A stretch of 64,000 bases of DNA from Dehalococcoidia bacterium. GTDB taxonomy: Bacteria > Chloroflexota > Dehalococcoidia > Lucifugimonadales > JAGWBF01. Shown in pieces: positions 43,432-52,573 of this stretch. The number at the start of each line of letters is the position of its first letter. Position 1 is the stretch's first letter. The position numbers and the translations under genes are program-made. The notes below the pieces were generated by a model. That model made no database searches and was not told where the DNA came from. It saw only the letters and a list, made by a program, of their open reading frames with translations. The DNA lies in assembly GCA_965197415.1 (NCBI GenBank), contig OZ240207.1, positions 2,790,491 to 2,854,490 on the forward strand, in the 5' to 3' direction.

Positions 43432-43507
43432 CCGCGTTTGACCCGTAGGGGCGTCCCAAAATTTCAACATCCCCGGTTAAGACATTTGCGAAACCCGCTC
43501 CTCGAAA

Positions 43508-43542
43508 TCCCCTCTCCCACTGGGAGAGGGTTAGGGTGAGGG
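43508..43542. repeat. REP-like element CCCTCTCCCACTGGGAGAGGG-TTAGGGTGAGGG
   Basis: Perfect hairpin ccctctccc-act-gggagaggg followed by ttagggtgaggg, a widespread intergenic repeat type. Confidence 0.7.
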
Positions 43543-43549
43543 ATTCCCG

Positions 43550-43999
43550 TTGCAGAAATTTCCTTTTGAAGAGGTGGACGACCTTTACAGGGACGTCATC
43601 CTGGATCACTACAGGAGTCCCCGCAACAACGGCCGCCTGGAATCTCCCGACATAACCAGCGACGAATACAACCCTATATGCGGCGACCGGGTCGTCCTGG
43701 ACTTGTCCATCAACGAGGGACGCATAGCCGAGGCCGCTTTCACCGGCGAGGGATGCTCAATCACCCAGGCGTCGGCCTCTATGATGACAGAGCTTCTGAC
43801 CGGGCTGACCCCTGCGGAGGCCCGCCGGCTCTGGGAGACGTTCGAGCATATGATGGACGGAGACGAGGCCGCCGCCAGTGATCTACAAGGCCGAGGAGAC
43901 GTCCACTCCCTCAGCGCCGTGCGCCGGTTCCCGGTGCGCATCAAGTGCGCCCTCCTGGCCTGGAAGGCCCTGGAGTTGGGGTTGGAGGCGAGGGCTTAG
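43550..43999 (+). CDS. sufU: SufU/NifU-family Fe-S assembly protein (copy 2)
   Basis: LYRDVILDHY, NPICGD, GCSITQASAS, RIKCALL. Confidence 0.92.
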   Translation: MQKFPFEEVDDLYRDVILDHYRSPRNNGRLESPDITSDEYNPICGDRVVLDLSINEGRIAEAAFTGEGCSITQASASMMTELLTGLTPAEARRLWETFEHMMDGDEAAASDLQGRGDVHSLSAVRRFPVRIKCALLAWKALELGLEARA

Positions 44000-44134
44000 A
44001 GTGGCGGTCTTCACAGTTGTCTCTCGGAATTCGGCAAATGGACAAATTGTTGCACGCCTTGATAAGCTTAGACCATGTCCACGGCACCCATGAGACTAAC
44101 TCTATAGAACACTTCACTGGCCCGGAAGGGGACA

Positions 44135-44470
44135 ATGAACACGAAGACGCCAAAAGAAACTCTTCAGAAAGTCGAAGGAATAGTTAGGAATGCCCTGGAA
44201 GAACAGTTCGGGGACGGTCTCGTGTTCGACCCGATTATTGTAACACCCACAATCGACCCCTGGGGCGACGAACGGCTGCACGTCTACATAGTGGTTGACG
44301 GAGACCTCAAACGTCTGGACCCCGGTTGGACACTTGGTCTAGTTGACATTATCCTCAAGCAGGTGACGGAAGAAGAAGTGCCTAACGTCCCGCTCAAATC
44401 GTTCATAGAAAGATCAGAGTGGGAAGACTATCTTCGTGAACCGGAACATAGGTGGATCCCGACGACCTGA
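44135..44470 (+). CDS. Hypothetical acidic protein, putative antitoxin partner of HEPN protein
   Basis: AAGGGG RBS; 111 aa; overlaps the downstream HEPN gene. Confidence 0.65.
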   Translation: MNTKTPKETLQKVEGIVRNALEEQFGDGLVFDPIIVTPTIDPWGDERLHVYIVVDGDLKRLDPGWTLGLVDIILKQVTEEEVPNVPLKSFIERSEWEDYLREPEHRWIPTT

Positions 44471-44937
44471 TTAGAATCGCCCGACGCCTAGCTTCCGGAT
44501 CAGTTGGTGGGCGACAAGGCAGGCCCCGTCAAGCTGAGTTGCGCCGGGCGGTAAGCGCCACCTATTATGCCATGTTCCATGCGCTCGCATTATCCTGCGC
44601 CAATTTGTTGGCGGGTTCCACACGGACCAATCGCAGCCAACCCGCATGGCGTCAGGTCTATCGTGCCCTCGAGCACAACCACGCGAAGAATCAGTGCAAC
44701 AGTCCGTCGACCATGAGCCGTTTTCCGTCTGAGATACGTAACTTCGGTCAACTGTTCATCCTCATGCAAATCCAACGCCACTCCGCTGATTACGACCCGG
44801 ACGCAAGATTTTCCCGCTTTGAAGTCACGAGACTCATAGAAGAAACCGAGAGAACCATCGCTGTCTTCAAACGCGTTCCTCGTGTGGATCAACGCGCGTT
44901 CGCAATCTATGTCCTGCTCAGGTCCCGCAGCGACTGA
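44452..44937 (+). CDS. HEPN domain protein
   Basis: RRAVSATYYAMFH and RHSADYD (Rx4Y-type) HEPN motifs. Confidence 0.8.
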   Translation: MDPDDLIRIARRLASGSVGGRQGRPRQAELRRAVSATYYAMFHALALSCANLLAGSTRTNRSQPAWRQVYRALEHNHAKNQCNSPSTMSRFPSEIRNFGQLFILMQIQRHSADYDPDARFSRFEVTRLIEETERTIAVFKRVPRVDQRAFAIYVLLRSRSD

Positions 44938-45202
44938 CAACAGACACACTGGAGACCTCACAATGCGGGAGAACGGAATAACCCCTGCGGCACTCGTATA
45001 CCTCCCCTTGGTTTGCTACAGAGAGGAAAATGGAAATCCCATGACCGCTGATTAGCCGTTACTGTTCCGGCCCTCGCTAAATATGTCAGCTGTGGTCCCA
45101 AACGGAGAGTAAGCCCCCTAATCACAGCGGGTTGCGCCAGCGAAGGCCCGGGAAGCGGCTGAAGTCGGTTGAAGCATAGTCCAAGAGGTGCCTCACAGGC
45201 CC

Positions 45203-47002
45203 CTAGGGTTCGAGCCATGTGGCGGCCCAGAAGGAGTACTCCGACAGGGCGGTGTTGGGATGGAACCCATGGACGCTGGGATGGAAGACCCATGTCTCGC
45301 CCGCGCCTATGCTTCCTGTGACCGGGCTGAACATGTAGGCCCGGTCCAGCAGGCGCCTTTGGATGGCCCGGATCGTTTCTTCCCGACTGACCATCCAGAC
45401 CGGGTCCGGCTCGACAGCTTGGTCGATAATCATGCCATCCAGGTCATGGTCTGCATGGGCCAGCAGGTTGGTGCGGGTGGGTGCGCCGAACAGCAATGGG
45501 AACAGGAAACTGTTGGGAGTTGTTACGGGTGGAATGACTCCCAAAGCCATCTGATAGTCCCGCTCTCTGAAGACCTTCTGGCTGAATGCCACCGCGTTGA
45601 CGACCTGAGTGGACGGCTCCAGGCCTACCCGTTTCAGGTCCTGCTCCAGTCGCTCAGCCTGCTGGATGTATATGCCACCGAAGTCTGCTACGGTCAGATC
45701 GAACCGGACGGGCAGGGAGACTCCCAGGGAAGTCAGAAGGGCCTCGGCTCCTGAGGGATCCGCGAAACAGCATTCCCGCATCTCTTCCTGGTCCAGCAGC
45801 CAATCGGATTCGATAACGGGGACCCCCATGGTGACAATGCCTTGGCCCTTCCAGATTTCGTCCACGTACTTCCAGGGGTCCACGGCCTTGAGAACGGCCT
45901 TCCTCACTATTTCGTCGTCGAACGGCGGCCTGGACTGGTTCATGGCCAGGATCAACCCTGCTCCTGACTGGCGGGAAACGGTCTGGCCGAACTCCACCCC
46001 CGACACCGCCAACCGGTCCCAGCCTTGAGCGGAGATTCGTAGCAGATGGACCTGCCCGGTGACAAAGGCCGCCAACTGAACGTCCACTCCGCCCTTTACT
46101 ACAAGAAAGGTCAACCTATCCAGGAAGGGCAGTTCTTCTTCAAAATAGTGTGGGTTTCTCTTGAAGACCGAGGCCACACCAGCGACCGAACCCTCCTCGT
46201 CCCAGATCCAGGGGCCTGTCCCGATGACTGGGCCAGTTATCAGATCCCCGTTCAGTTCGACTGCCTCGGGGGCCACTATCTTGCTGTGGCCGTCGGCAAG
46301 GGCGGCCAGAAAATCCGCGTCGGGGAAACCGGGATTTACGCTGATCAATAAAGTCCGGTCATCTTCCGCTACAACCGAATCCAGGTTTCTCAGAATGGAG
46401 GCGTTTGAGAAGCCTTCCGTTTGCTGTCGTTCGTAGCTAAAAACGATATCTTGCGCCGCTACTTCGCGCCCGCCGACCGGGTGGATATCGTGCCACCGGA
46501 CACCGTCTCGCAGGGTAAACCGGTACTGAAGGGGATTGTCGTCCACTACCTCCCAACCCTGGCAGAGGTCACATTCTAGGAGTTGGTGCGGCTGGGGGAC
46601 CAGGTCCGGCGGGCCGCTTCGGAGTCTCAGCAGACGGCTGTAGGCGATACCCGGCCCCAGTGAGGTCAACGTCTCCTGGTTCTCCTGTTGCACGTCCAGG
46701 TGGGGAAAGTCCGCTAAAGCCAGGCTCGTAAGGCTGCCGCCCTGCTTTCTGGGAGGCGGCGTAGAAACCACAGGAGTTCGGGTTGGAGCGGCCGTTGGCG
46801 GAGGCGATGTGCTGGCAACGGTAGGTGTGGGTGCCGGGGTAGGAGTGAGTGTCGGAGTTGGCGGAGACGTTGGAGTCTCGGTAGCTAAGGGGATAGGAGT
46901 ATGGGTGGGGGCCGAGGTTGGAGTCGGTGCAGATGAGCACGCCTGCGACAACGTCAGCAAGACCAACAATGCGCACAAGGATGCGGTCGAATAAGACGCC
47001 AC
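45203..47002 (-). CDS. ABC transporter substrate-binding lipoprotein, family 5 (peptide/nickel)
   Basis: LSQAC lipobox, PT-rich linker, F.LRDGVRWHD, IGTGPW, RNPHYF, PPFDD..VRKA. Confidence 0.9.
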   Translation of the reverse strand: MASYSTASLCALLVLLTLSQACSSAPTPTSAPTHTPIPLATETPTSPPTPTLTPTPAPTPTVASTSPPPTAAPTRTPVVSTPPPRKQGGSLTSLALADFPHLDVQQENQETLTSLGPGIAYSRLLRLRSGPPDLVPQPHQLLECDLCQGWEVVDDNPLQYRFTLRDGVRWHDIHPVGGREVAAQDIVFSYERQQTEGFSNASILRNLDSVVAEDDRTLLISVNPGFPDADFLAALADGHSKIVAPEAVELNGDLITGPVIGTGPWIWDEEGSVAGVASVFKRNPHYFEEELPFLDRLTFLVVKGGVDVQLAAFVTGQVHLLRISAQGWDRLAVSGVEFGQTVSRQSGAGLILAMNQSRPPFDDEIVRKAVLKAVDPWKYVDEIWKGQGIVTMGVPVIESDWLLDQEEMRECCFADPSGAEALLTSLGVSLPVRFDLTVADFGGIYIQQAERLEQDLKRVGLEPSTQVVNAVAFSQKVFRERDYQMALGVIPPVTTPNSFLFPLLFGAPTRTNLLAHADHDLDGMIIDQAVEPDPVWMVSREETIRAIQRRLLDRAYMFSPVTGSIGAGETWVFHPSVHGFHPNTALSEYSFWAATWLEP

Positions 47003-47009
47003 TCTTAAG

Positions 47010-48068
47010 TTAGCTCCCAGTCCCTCCCAGGGACGGGGTCGGTTGGCGGTTATCGCCGGCCGAACGCCTCCGGGCGGGACTGAGCCACATTTTCGAAAAG
47101 AAGGGCACTGCCACCACTATGGGAGGCAGAAAAACAACGGCATGGAGAACGATAGCGTAGCTGAACGCTTGCTCCTGGGGCACATCGAAAGCCCGTAGCA
47201 CGTACACCACCGCGAACTCGAATGTGCCGGCGGCTGCGGGAAGGCCCGGCAGGGCCGTGGAGAAGTATAGGGTGCCCAGTATCGCGACGGTGGCAACAAA
47301 CATCGAAATTCCCAAACCCATGCCGTAGGCTAGCGCCCATGCCGACAGGCCCAGTACAACCCAATGGCCCGCAGTCAGCAGGGAGGACAAAACCAGAGTC
47401 CTCTTTGACTTTACCAATGCCTCCACCGCATTGACCGTGGTCCGTAGAAGTGGGACCTTGTCCACCGCATTGGCCCGACCCAGCCACACAGCCAGGGGTA
47501 TGACCAGCACGACGCCCATGGCAAACACGAAAGCGCCTATCACGTAAAGGGCGAACTGCCATGCGCCGGGAAGCAGGACAAGCCCTGCCATCAAAATCGA
47601 TGAGGTGATGACCATGTCCAACACCCGCTCCATAGCGAGAGTTGCCAGTGCCACACCGCCGTTGACCTTATAGCGCAGGGTGAGCAGGGCCAATTGTGCT
47701 CCCTCGCTGACCCACCGCACCGGAGCCAGGTTGTTCAGCCCTATCCCCGCGTTCTGGACCAGGAGCAGCCGCTGGAACGAGACCTCTCGTTCCGGGAAAA
47801 GCACGTGCCACCTGTAAGCCCGGATCAAGGAGGCGGCCATGAAGATTAACAGAGATATGAGTGCCCAGACGGTAGGAAAGCTCCCGAACTGGTCCGCGGC
47901 CAGACCCCAGTCCATGCCTTTGACAGAAAGCCATCCCAAGCCGACGCTTACCCCGACGCCAATGACTATCCTGGCGGGCGTCTCCCACACCAGCCGCTTA
48001 ACCTGGACGCCTAGCCGTACAGCGGAATCCACAAGCATGGAGCCTAGCCTTGTACCTGGAGTCGGCAT
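47010..48068 (-). CDS. Lysylphosphatidylglycerol synthase TM-domain / flippase-like membrane protein (UPF0104)
   Basis: RAYRW, NNLAPVR..E, MERVLD, PAAAGTFE. Confidence 0.85.
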   Translation of the reverse strand: MPTPGTRLGSMLVDSAVRLGVQVKRLVWETPARIVIGVGVSVGLGWLSVKGMDWGLAADQFGSFPTVWALISLLIFMAASLIRAYRWHVLFPEREVSFQRLLLVQNAGIGLNNLAPVRWVSEGAQLALLTLRYKVNGGVALATLAMERVLDMVITSSILMAGLVLLPGAWQFALYVIGAFVFAMGVVLVIPLAVWLGRANAVDKVPLLRTTVNAVEALVKSKRTLVLSSLLTAGHWVVLGLSAWALAYGMGLGISMFVATVAILGTLYFSTALPGLPAAAGTFEFAVVYVLRAFDVPQEQAFSYAIVLHAVVFLPPIVVAVPFFSKMWLSPARRRSAGDNRQPTPSLGGTGS

Positions 48069-48111
48069 TAGTATAAAGTAACTCTACCAATACGCCCATA
48101 GGCGGTTTGAC

Positions 48112-48873
48112 ATGCTTTGCGACTCTCATACGCACCTCGATGAGTACCCAACCACGGAGGTCCCCGAGATACTGGAGCGGGCCTCGGAGGCGGGCGTGGA
48201 CCTCGTCGTATGCGCAGGGGTCACGGTGGAATCGTCCTCGGCCTGCATCAGTCTTGCCGAAACCCACCGCTCGTTCTACGCGGGTGTAGGCATACATCCG
48301 ATGAATCTGCAAGGCCACGTTGACGACGCCACGTACCAGACTCTCAAGAATATGGCCACAGGCAACGACAAGGTAGTGTGCATCAGCGAGATAGGGCTGG
48401 ACTATCAGCCCACATCTCCCGACATAGAAACCCAAAAGCAGGCCTTCAGGGCCCAGATACGATTGGCCAAAGAGCTCGACCTGCCCATCATCTTCCATTC
48501 CAGGGAATCCCACCCCGACGCTCTGCGCATACTGCGGGAGGAGGGCGCCGCTGGCCTTGGGGTGATCATGCACTATTTCCAGGCCGACGAGGGAACGGGC
48601 AGGGAAGCCATAGATTCAGGTTTCTACATATCGCTGGCCCGGCCGTTGACGCGCCTGCCGGAGCTTCAGGAAGCCGTCAAGAACCTGCCGCTGGAAAGCA
48701 TGGTCCTGGAGTCTGACTCGGCCCCTCAACCTTTCAAGAAACACCGCTACAACTGGACGGAACCCAGGCACGTCAAGGACGTGGCCGAGAAGCTGTCTGA
48801 AATCAAAGACGTCCCCGTCGAGGAAATAGCCCGGGTCACTTCATCCAACCTGCGCCGCATCCTCCGGCTATAG
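48112..48873 (+). CDS. TatD family hydrolase
   Basis: DSHTHL, GIHP, EIGLDY, FHSRE, ESDSAP. Confidence 0.93.
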   Translation: MLCDSHTHLDEYPTTEVPEILERASEAGVDLVVCAGVTVESSSACISLAETHRSFYAGVGIHPMNLQGHVDDATYQTLKNMATGNDKVVCISEIGLDYQPTSPDIETQKQAFRAQIRLAKELDLPIIFHSRESHPDALRILREEGAAGLGVIMHYFQADEGTGREAIDSGFYISLARPLTRLPELQEAVKNLPLESMVLESDSAPQPFKKHRYNWTEPRHVKDVAEKLSEIKDVPVEEIARVTSSNLRRILRL

Positions 48874-48894
48874 GCCCCTCTCAGGGGAACGGGA

Positions 48895-48947
48895 ACCGTC
48901 AACAGATACTCGACAGCGACGGACGCCCCGACGACATATCGGCTCAC
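48895..48947 (-). pseudogene. Truncated VapC/PIN toxin remnant
   Basis: GTG overlapping the antitoxin stop; SRYVVGASVAVEYLL resembles a PIN N-terminus (VVDAS) with D->G, then runs into the tatD 3' end. Confidence 0.65.
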
Positions 48948-49177
48948 TCTGTCTCCACGTCGCGCAGCCGACGTTCCTCCGCAAGCAGCGTTGCCGCTTC
49001 TACGCCGAGCTCGGTGCTGGGGCACCGAGCCAGACGCTTCCGCCATTCCCATCTCTCCAACTCTCGTTCAACGGCGACCAGAACTGCTGCGCTCACGGTG
49101 CAGTTGTTTTCACGCGCGTGGAGTCGGAGGCGCTCATGTAGGTCGTCGGGTATGTTTCTTACTTGTAGATTGGCCAT
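48944..49177 (-). CDS. Ribbon-helix-helix antitoxin (FitA/VapB-like)
   Basis: MANLQVRNIPDDLHERLRLHA...S pattern. Confidence 0.82.
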   Translation of the reverse strand: MANLQVRNIPDDLHERLRLHARENNCTVSAAVLVAVERELERWEWRKRLARCPSTELGVEAATLLAEERRLRDVETE

Positions 49178-49248
49178 ATCATGAATATAGCATGAAAACA
49201 ACGGTGCTTTGTTCCCTAATCCACTACGAACGCTGACATTCGGCACAT

Positions 49249-49295
49249 TGACACTCGCTGGCACGTCTGCTAGGGTCTATTAGAACACCTGTTTC
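49249..49295 (+). promoter_or_regulatory. lexA promoter with SOS box
   Basis: TTGACA-17 bp-TAGGGT followed by AGAAC-ACCT-GTTT. Confidence 0.7.
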
Positions 49296-49322
49296 CAGCC
49301 TCGACTATCGAAAGGCACGGCC

Positions 49323-49982
49323 ATGCTGAGAAAAAAGGACCCGTCTCCCCGGCAGCAACGCATGTTGGAATTCATTCGCAGCTTCTTTGACGAGAATGGA
49401 AGGCCCCCCACGGTGCGGGATATCCAGAAGGCCTGCGACATCAGCTCCACTTCCGTCGTGGACTACAACCTGCGACTGCTGGAACGGGACGGCCACCTGA
49501 CGCGCAAACCGGACATTGCCCGGGGTATCGAGCTTCCCGACTACCATGCCAATGTGCGGACCGCTCCCGAACTCATACGAGCGCCGGTGCTTGGCTTCAT
49601 CACAGCCGGCCAGCCCGCTCCTGTCATGGAAGCTGACGCCTGGACAGACTCGGACTCCCAGGAAACTCTGGAGCTGACCCAGGACATCCTCCGCGTTAAA
49701 GGGCAGGTCTACGCTCTCCGAGTCCGAGGAACCTCTATGATAGACGCCTTGGTGGACGACGGGGACATTGTTCTCATCGAGCCGATGACGCAAGCCAACA
49801 ACGGGGACATGGTGGTGGCCCGGCTCAAGATGGAGAATGAGACCACCCTGAAGCGGCTATACGTAGAAGGAGACAAAGTGCGCCTTCAGCCTGCCAACAG
49901 CCAGATGGAGCCCATCTACTGCCAAGCGGAAAACGTAGAGGTGCAGGGGAGGGTAGTTGGGGTTATACGGGCGCTGGTCTAA
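49323..49982 (+). CDS. lexA: SOS repressor LexA
   Basis: PPTVRDI, STSVV, ITAG cleavage site, LRVRGTSM, TTLKR. Confidence 0.97.
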   Translation: MLRKKDPSPRQQRMLEFIRSFFDENGRPPTVRDIQKACDISSTSVVDYNLRLLERDGHLTRKPDIARGIELPDYHANVRTAPELIRAPVLGFITAGQPAPVMEADAWTDSDSQETLELTQDILRVKGQVYALRVRGTSMIDALVDDGDIVLIEPMTQANNGDMVVARLKMENETTLKRLYVEGDKVRLQPANSQMEPIYCQAENVEVQGRVVGVIRALV

Positions 49983-49985
49983 AGG

Positions 49986-50129
49986 CTAGTCGGACGACGG
50001 GAGCTTCTTAGGCTGCTGAAGCTCCATCTCCAACTCGCAGCACTGGACTACACCCTCACCGGTCTTGGTGCACAGGATCATGGTCCCGCAGGTCTCACAG
50101 ACGTAACGCTTACCTAGCTGATTCGCCAT
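49986..50129 (-). CDS. 47-aa desulforedoxin-like metal-binding microprotein
   Basis: MANQLGKRYVCETCGTMILCTKTGEGVVQCCELEMELQQPKKLPSSD; CxxC-x15-CC; GGAG RBS; absent from ORF track. Confidence 0.8.
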   Translation of the reverse strand: MANQLGKRYVCETCGTMILCTKTGEGVVQCCELEMELQQPKKLPSSD

Positions 50130-50159
50130 CGGATGCTCCGTTCAACCTCTAAAGCTCTA

Positions 50160-50276
50160 CTACTTCAGGTCCATAGGCTGGCCGCAGCACATGATGGAGC
50201 CGTCGCCCGCCTTGGTCACTATAAACTCCGAGCCGCACTGGCCGCAGATGTAACGTTTCCCCGTCTCGTTCGCCAC
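50160..50276 (-). CDS. 38-aa desulforedoxin-like metal-binding microprotein
   Basis: GTG start, ANETGKRYICGQCGSEFIVTKAGDGSIMCCGQPMDLK; CxxC-x15-CCGQPM. Confidence 0.82.
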   Translation of the reverse strand: MANETGKRYICGQCGSEFIVTKAGDGSIMCCGQPMDLK

Positions 50277-50450
50277 TTGGGGTCTACCTCTGAATAAAGC
50301 GATTTTCGGACTATCATTATATCCAGGCGTCAGGAGAGGGTCAACCTGGACGCCTAGCGTCGAAGCCACTCCTCATAACGTGATGATATAATCACCTGCC
50401 TTGCCTCGGCGCCGTTGCGTAGTCGGAAACCCTGTCTGAAAGGCCCCACA

Positions 50451-52553
50451 ATGAAGCAGGTTAGGACCAAACCCGCCTTAGCCTGGATTCTGACGCTGTC
50501 GGCGGCCCTGCTGGTGGCCACCGCCGCCTGTGGCGGCGACGCTCCTGCCGACCCCACAGCCACACCGCAACCTACTCCGACGGCCGCCAAGCTGACGCCA
50601 ACTCCGACAACCGCAACGCCGCCCACCTTGACCGCCACCGCCACCGCAGTGCCCCCTACATCGACACCCGAATCGCACCCCACCCCGCCCGACATTCCGA
50701 TTATTGACGCCGTGGCGTCTGGGAACATCGAGGCGGTCAAGGGGCATGTCGAGGCCGGGACGGACATCAACGGAGTGTTCCTGGAAACCCAGGGGCCCGG
50801 CTATGGGGCCTTTCCGTTGCACATGGCGGCCGTCACGCGCAACCAAACAATCGTCTTGCTGCTATTGGATAACGGGGCCGATATCGAACTCAGGGCCAAG
50901 GACAGCTCCGGGGGAACGCCGTTGCAGTGGGCCGCTTACGTAGGGGACAGCGATATGGTGGAGCTACTGGTCGAGGCCGGCGCCGATGTGAACACCCTGG
51001 ACAACAACGGGTACACCGCCATCGACAGCGTGGTCGTCTCTCCTGATGCGGACTTCGAGGCCAGGCGGCGAATCACCACGTTCCTACGAGCCAACGGAGG
51101 GAAAACCGGCGTAGGGACGTTAGTACACACGCCCCGAGCAGCCCCGCCGGGGTTGGAGATTACGGCCGAGTGGCCAGCGCCCAACTACGACAACTCCAGC
51201 TCCAGGGCCACCACCGAGTCCAGCATAAATTCGAGCAACGTCCATCAACTCACCGAAGCTTGGCGCTACCCGTTGCCCTTAAGCCCTGGCTCCGGCGCCG
51301 CGGCCACCACACCTATAGTGGTCGACGGAACGGTCTATTTGGGCGACCTGAACACCAACGTCCACGCTATAGACCTGGTCACCGGCGAGCGCAGGTGGCT
51401 GGCTCCTTCGGACGCACCTGTCTTCGGGCCCAGCGGGGTCGCCGTCGATGACGGAAAGGTGTTCGCCAACAAGGGCGGATGGGGTATAGCCGCCTACGAC
51501 GCAGAGACCGGAAAGGAACTCTGGGCCACTTCAATCTTAGTGAACGGGGGCGCCGTCAACATCCAGCCGACCGTGGTCGACGGCAAAGTGATGGCCGCCA
51601 CGTCATCCCTGTCACAGCCGGGCGCCAGGGGCACTCTTTACGCCCTGGACCAGCAAACGGGGGACATCCTGTGGTCCTTCAACACCATCGAATCGGATGA
51701 CGTTTGGGGCCGCCCCGACATCAACAGCGGAGGCGGCGCATGGTATCCGCCGTCTATCGACCTGGACCGGCGAGTGTCCTACTGGGGCATCTCCAACCCG
51801 TATCCTTTCCCAGGTGCCGCAGGCTTCCCCAACGGTTCCAGCCGGCCAGGAGACAACAAGTGGACAGACTCCATTCTCGCCATCGACCTCGACTCGGGCG
51901 AACTGCGGTGGGGCCACCAGGCGGTCCCCCACGACATATTCGACCGCGACGCCGTGATCACCGCCCTCGTTGAACTAGACGACGGACGCGAAGTCGTCAT
52001 CAGCACAGGAAAGATGGGCCGGGTCATAGGATTGGACGTCGGCGGAAACGTGTTGTGGGACATTCCCGTCGGCAGGCACAAGAACGACCACCTGACCTCG
52101 TTCGAGGGATCGATCGAGGTGCTGCCGGGAGCGGCTGGCGGAGTGGTGACTCCCATCGCCGCCGCGGACGGCGCTGTCTACCTCTCAGTAGTCAACGCCC
52201 CCATAACCTACTCCAGCCCCGAGGAGTCCAGTCCAGGCGCGGGCGCCCGTTTGGGTTCGTTCAACAGCCAACTGGTGGCAATCGACGCCGCCACCGGCGA
52301 GATTATATGGGACGTGCAGCTTCCGGGGGACTCTTTCGGAGGTGCGACTGTGGTCAACGACCTGGTGTTCACTTCCGTGTTGTCGGGCCGGATTCTCGCC
52401 TATAAGCGGGAGACCGGCGAACTGGTATGGAGCCACCAGGCTCCGGGTGGAATCAACGCCTGGCCGGCAATAGTCGGACCCATGCTGCTGATGCCCGTCG
52501 GCTTTGGGAACCCGCCTATGCTGCTGGCGTTGGAGCTTCCCGGAGGCGGCTAG
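50451..52553 (+). CDS. Lipoprotein with ankyrin repeats fused to a PQQ-binding beta-propeller
   Basis: ATAAC lipobox, PT linker, PLHMAA / GTPLQWAA..GADVN ankyrin repeats, repeated A.D..TG...W motifs. Confidence 0.85.
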   Translation: MKQVRTKPALAWILTLSAALLVATAACGGDAPADPTATPQPTPTAAKLTPTPTTATPPTLTATATAVPPTSTPESHPTPPDIPIIDAVASGNIEAVKGHVEAGTDINGVFLETQGPGYGAFPLHMAAVTRNQTIVLLLLDNGADIELRAKDSSGGTPLQWAAYVGDSDMVELLVEAGADVNTLDNNGYTAIDSVVVSPDADFEARRRITTFLRANGGKTGVGTLVHTPRAAPPGLEITAEWPAPNYDNSSSRATTESSINSSNVHQLTEAWRYPLPLSPGSGAAATTPIVVDGTVYLGDLNTNVHAIDLVTGERRWLAPSDAPVFGPSGVAVDDGKVFANKGGWGIAAYDAETGKELWATSILVNGGAVNIQPTVVDGKVMAATSSLSQPGARGTLYALDQQTGDILWSFNTIESDDVWGRPDINSGGGAWYPPSIDLDRRVSYWGISNPYPFPGAAGFPNGSSRPGDNKWTDSILAIDLDSGELRWGHQAVPHDIFDRDAVITALVELDDGREVVISTGKMGRVIGLDVGGNVLWDIPVGRHKNDHLTSFEGSIEVLPGAAGGVVTPIAAADGAVYLSVVNAPITYSSPEESSPGAGARLGSFNSQLVAIDAATGEIIWDVQLPGDSFGGATVVNDLVFTSVLSGRILAYKRETGELVWSHQAPGGINAWPAIVGPMLLMPVGFGNPPMLLALELPGGG

Positions 52554-52573
52554 ATCTGAGAGGGCTAGCCGCC

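Noticed and set aside
44940-45200. Intergenic stretch between the HEPN gene and the SBP gene
   Set aside because: No convincing ORF, repeat or RNA motif could be supported.
46740-46930. Periodic repeats here and at 50540-50700
   Set aside because: They encode Pro/Thr linkers of lipoproteins and are not CRISPR or mobile repeats.
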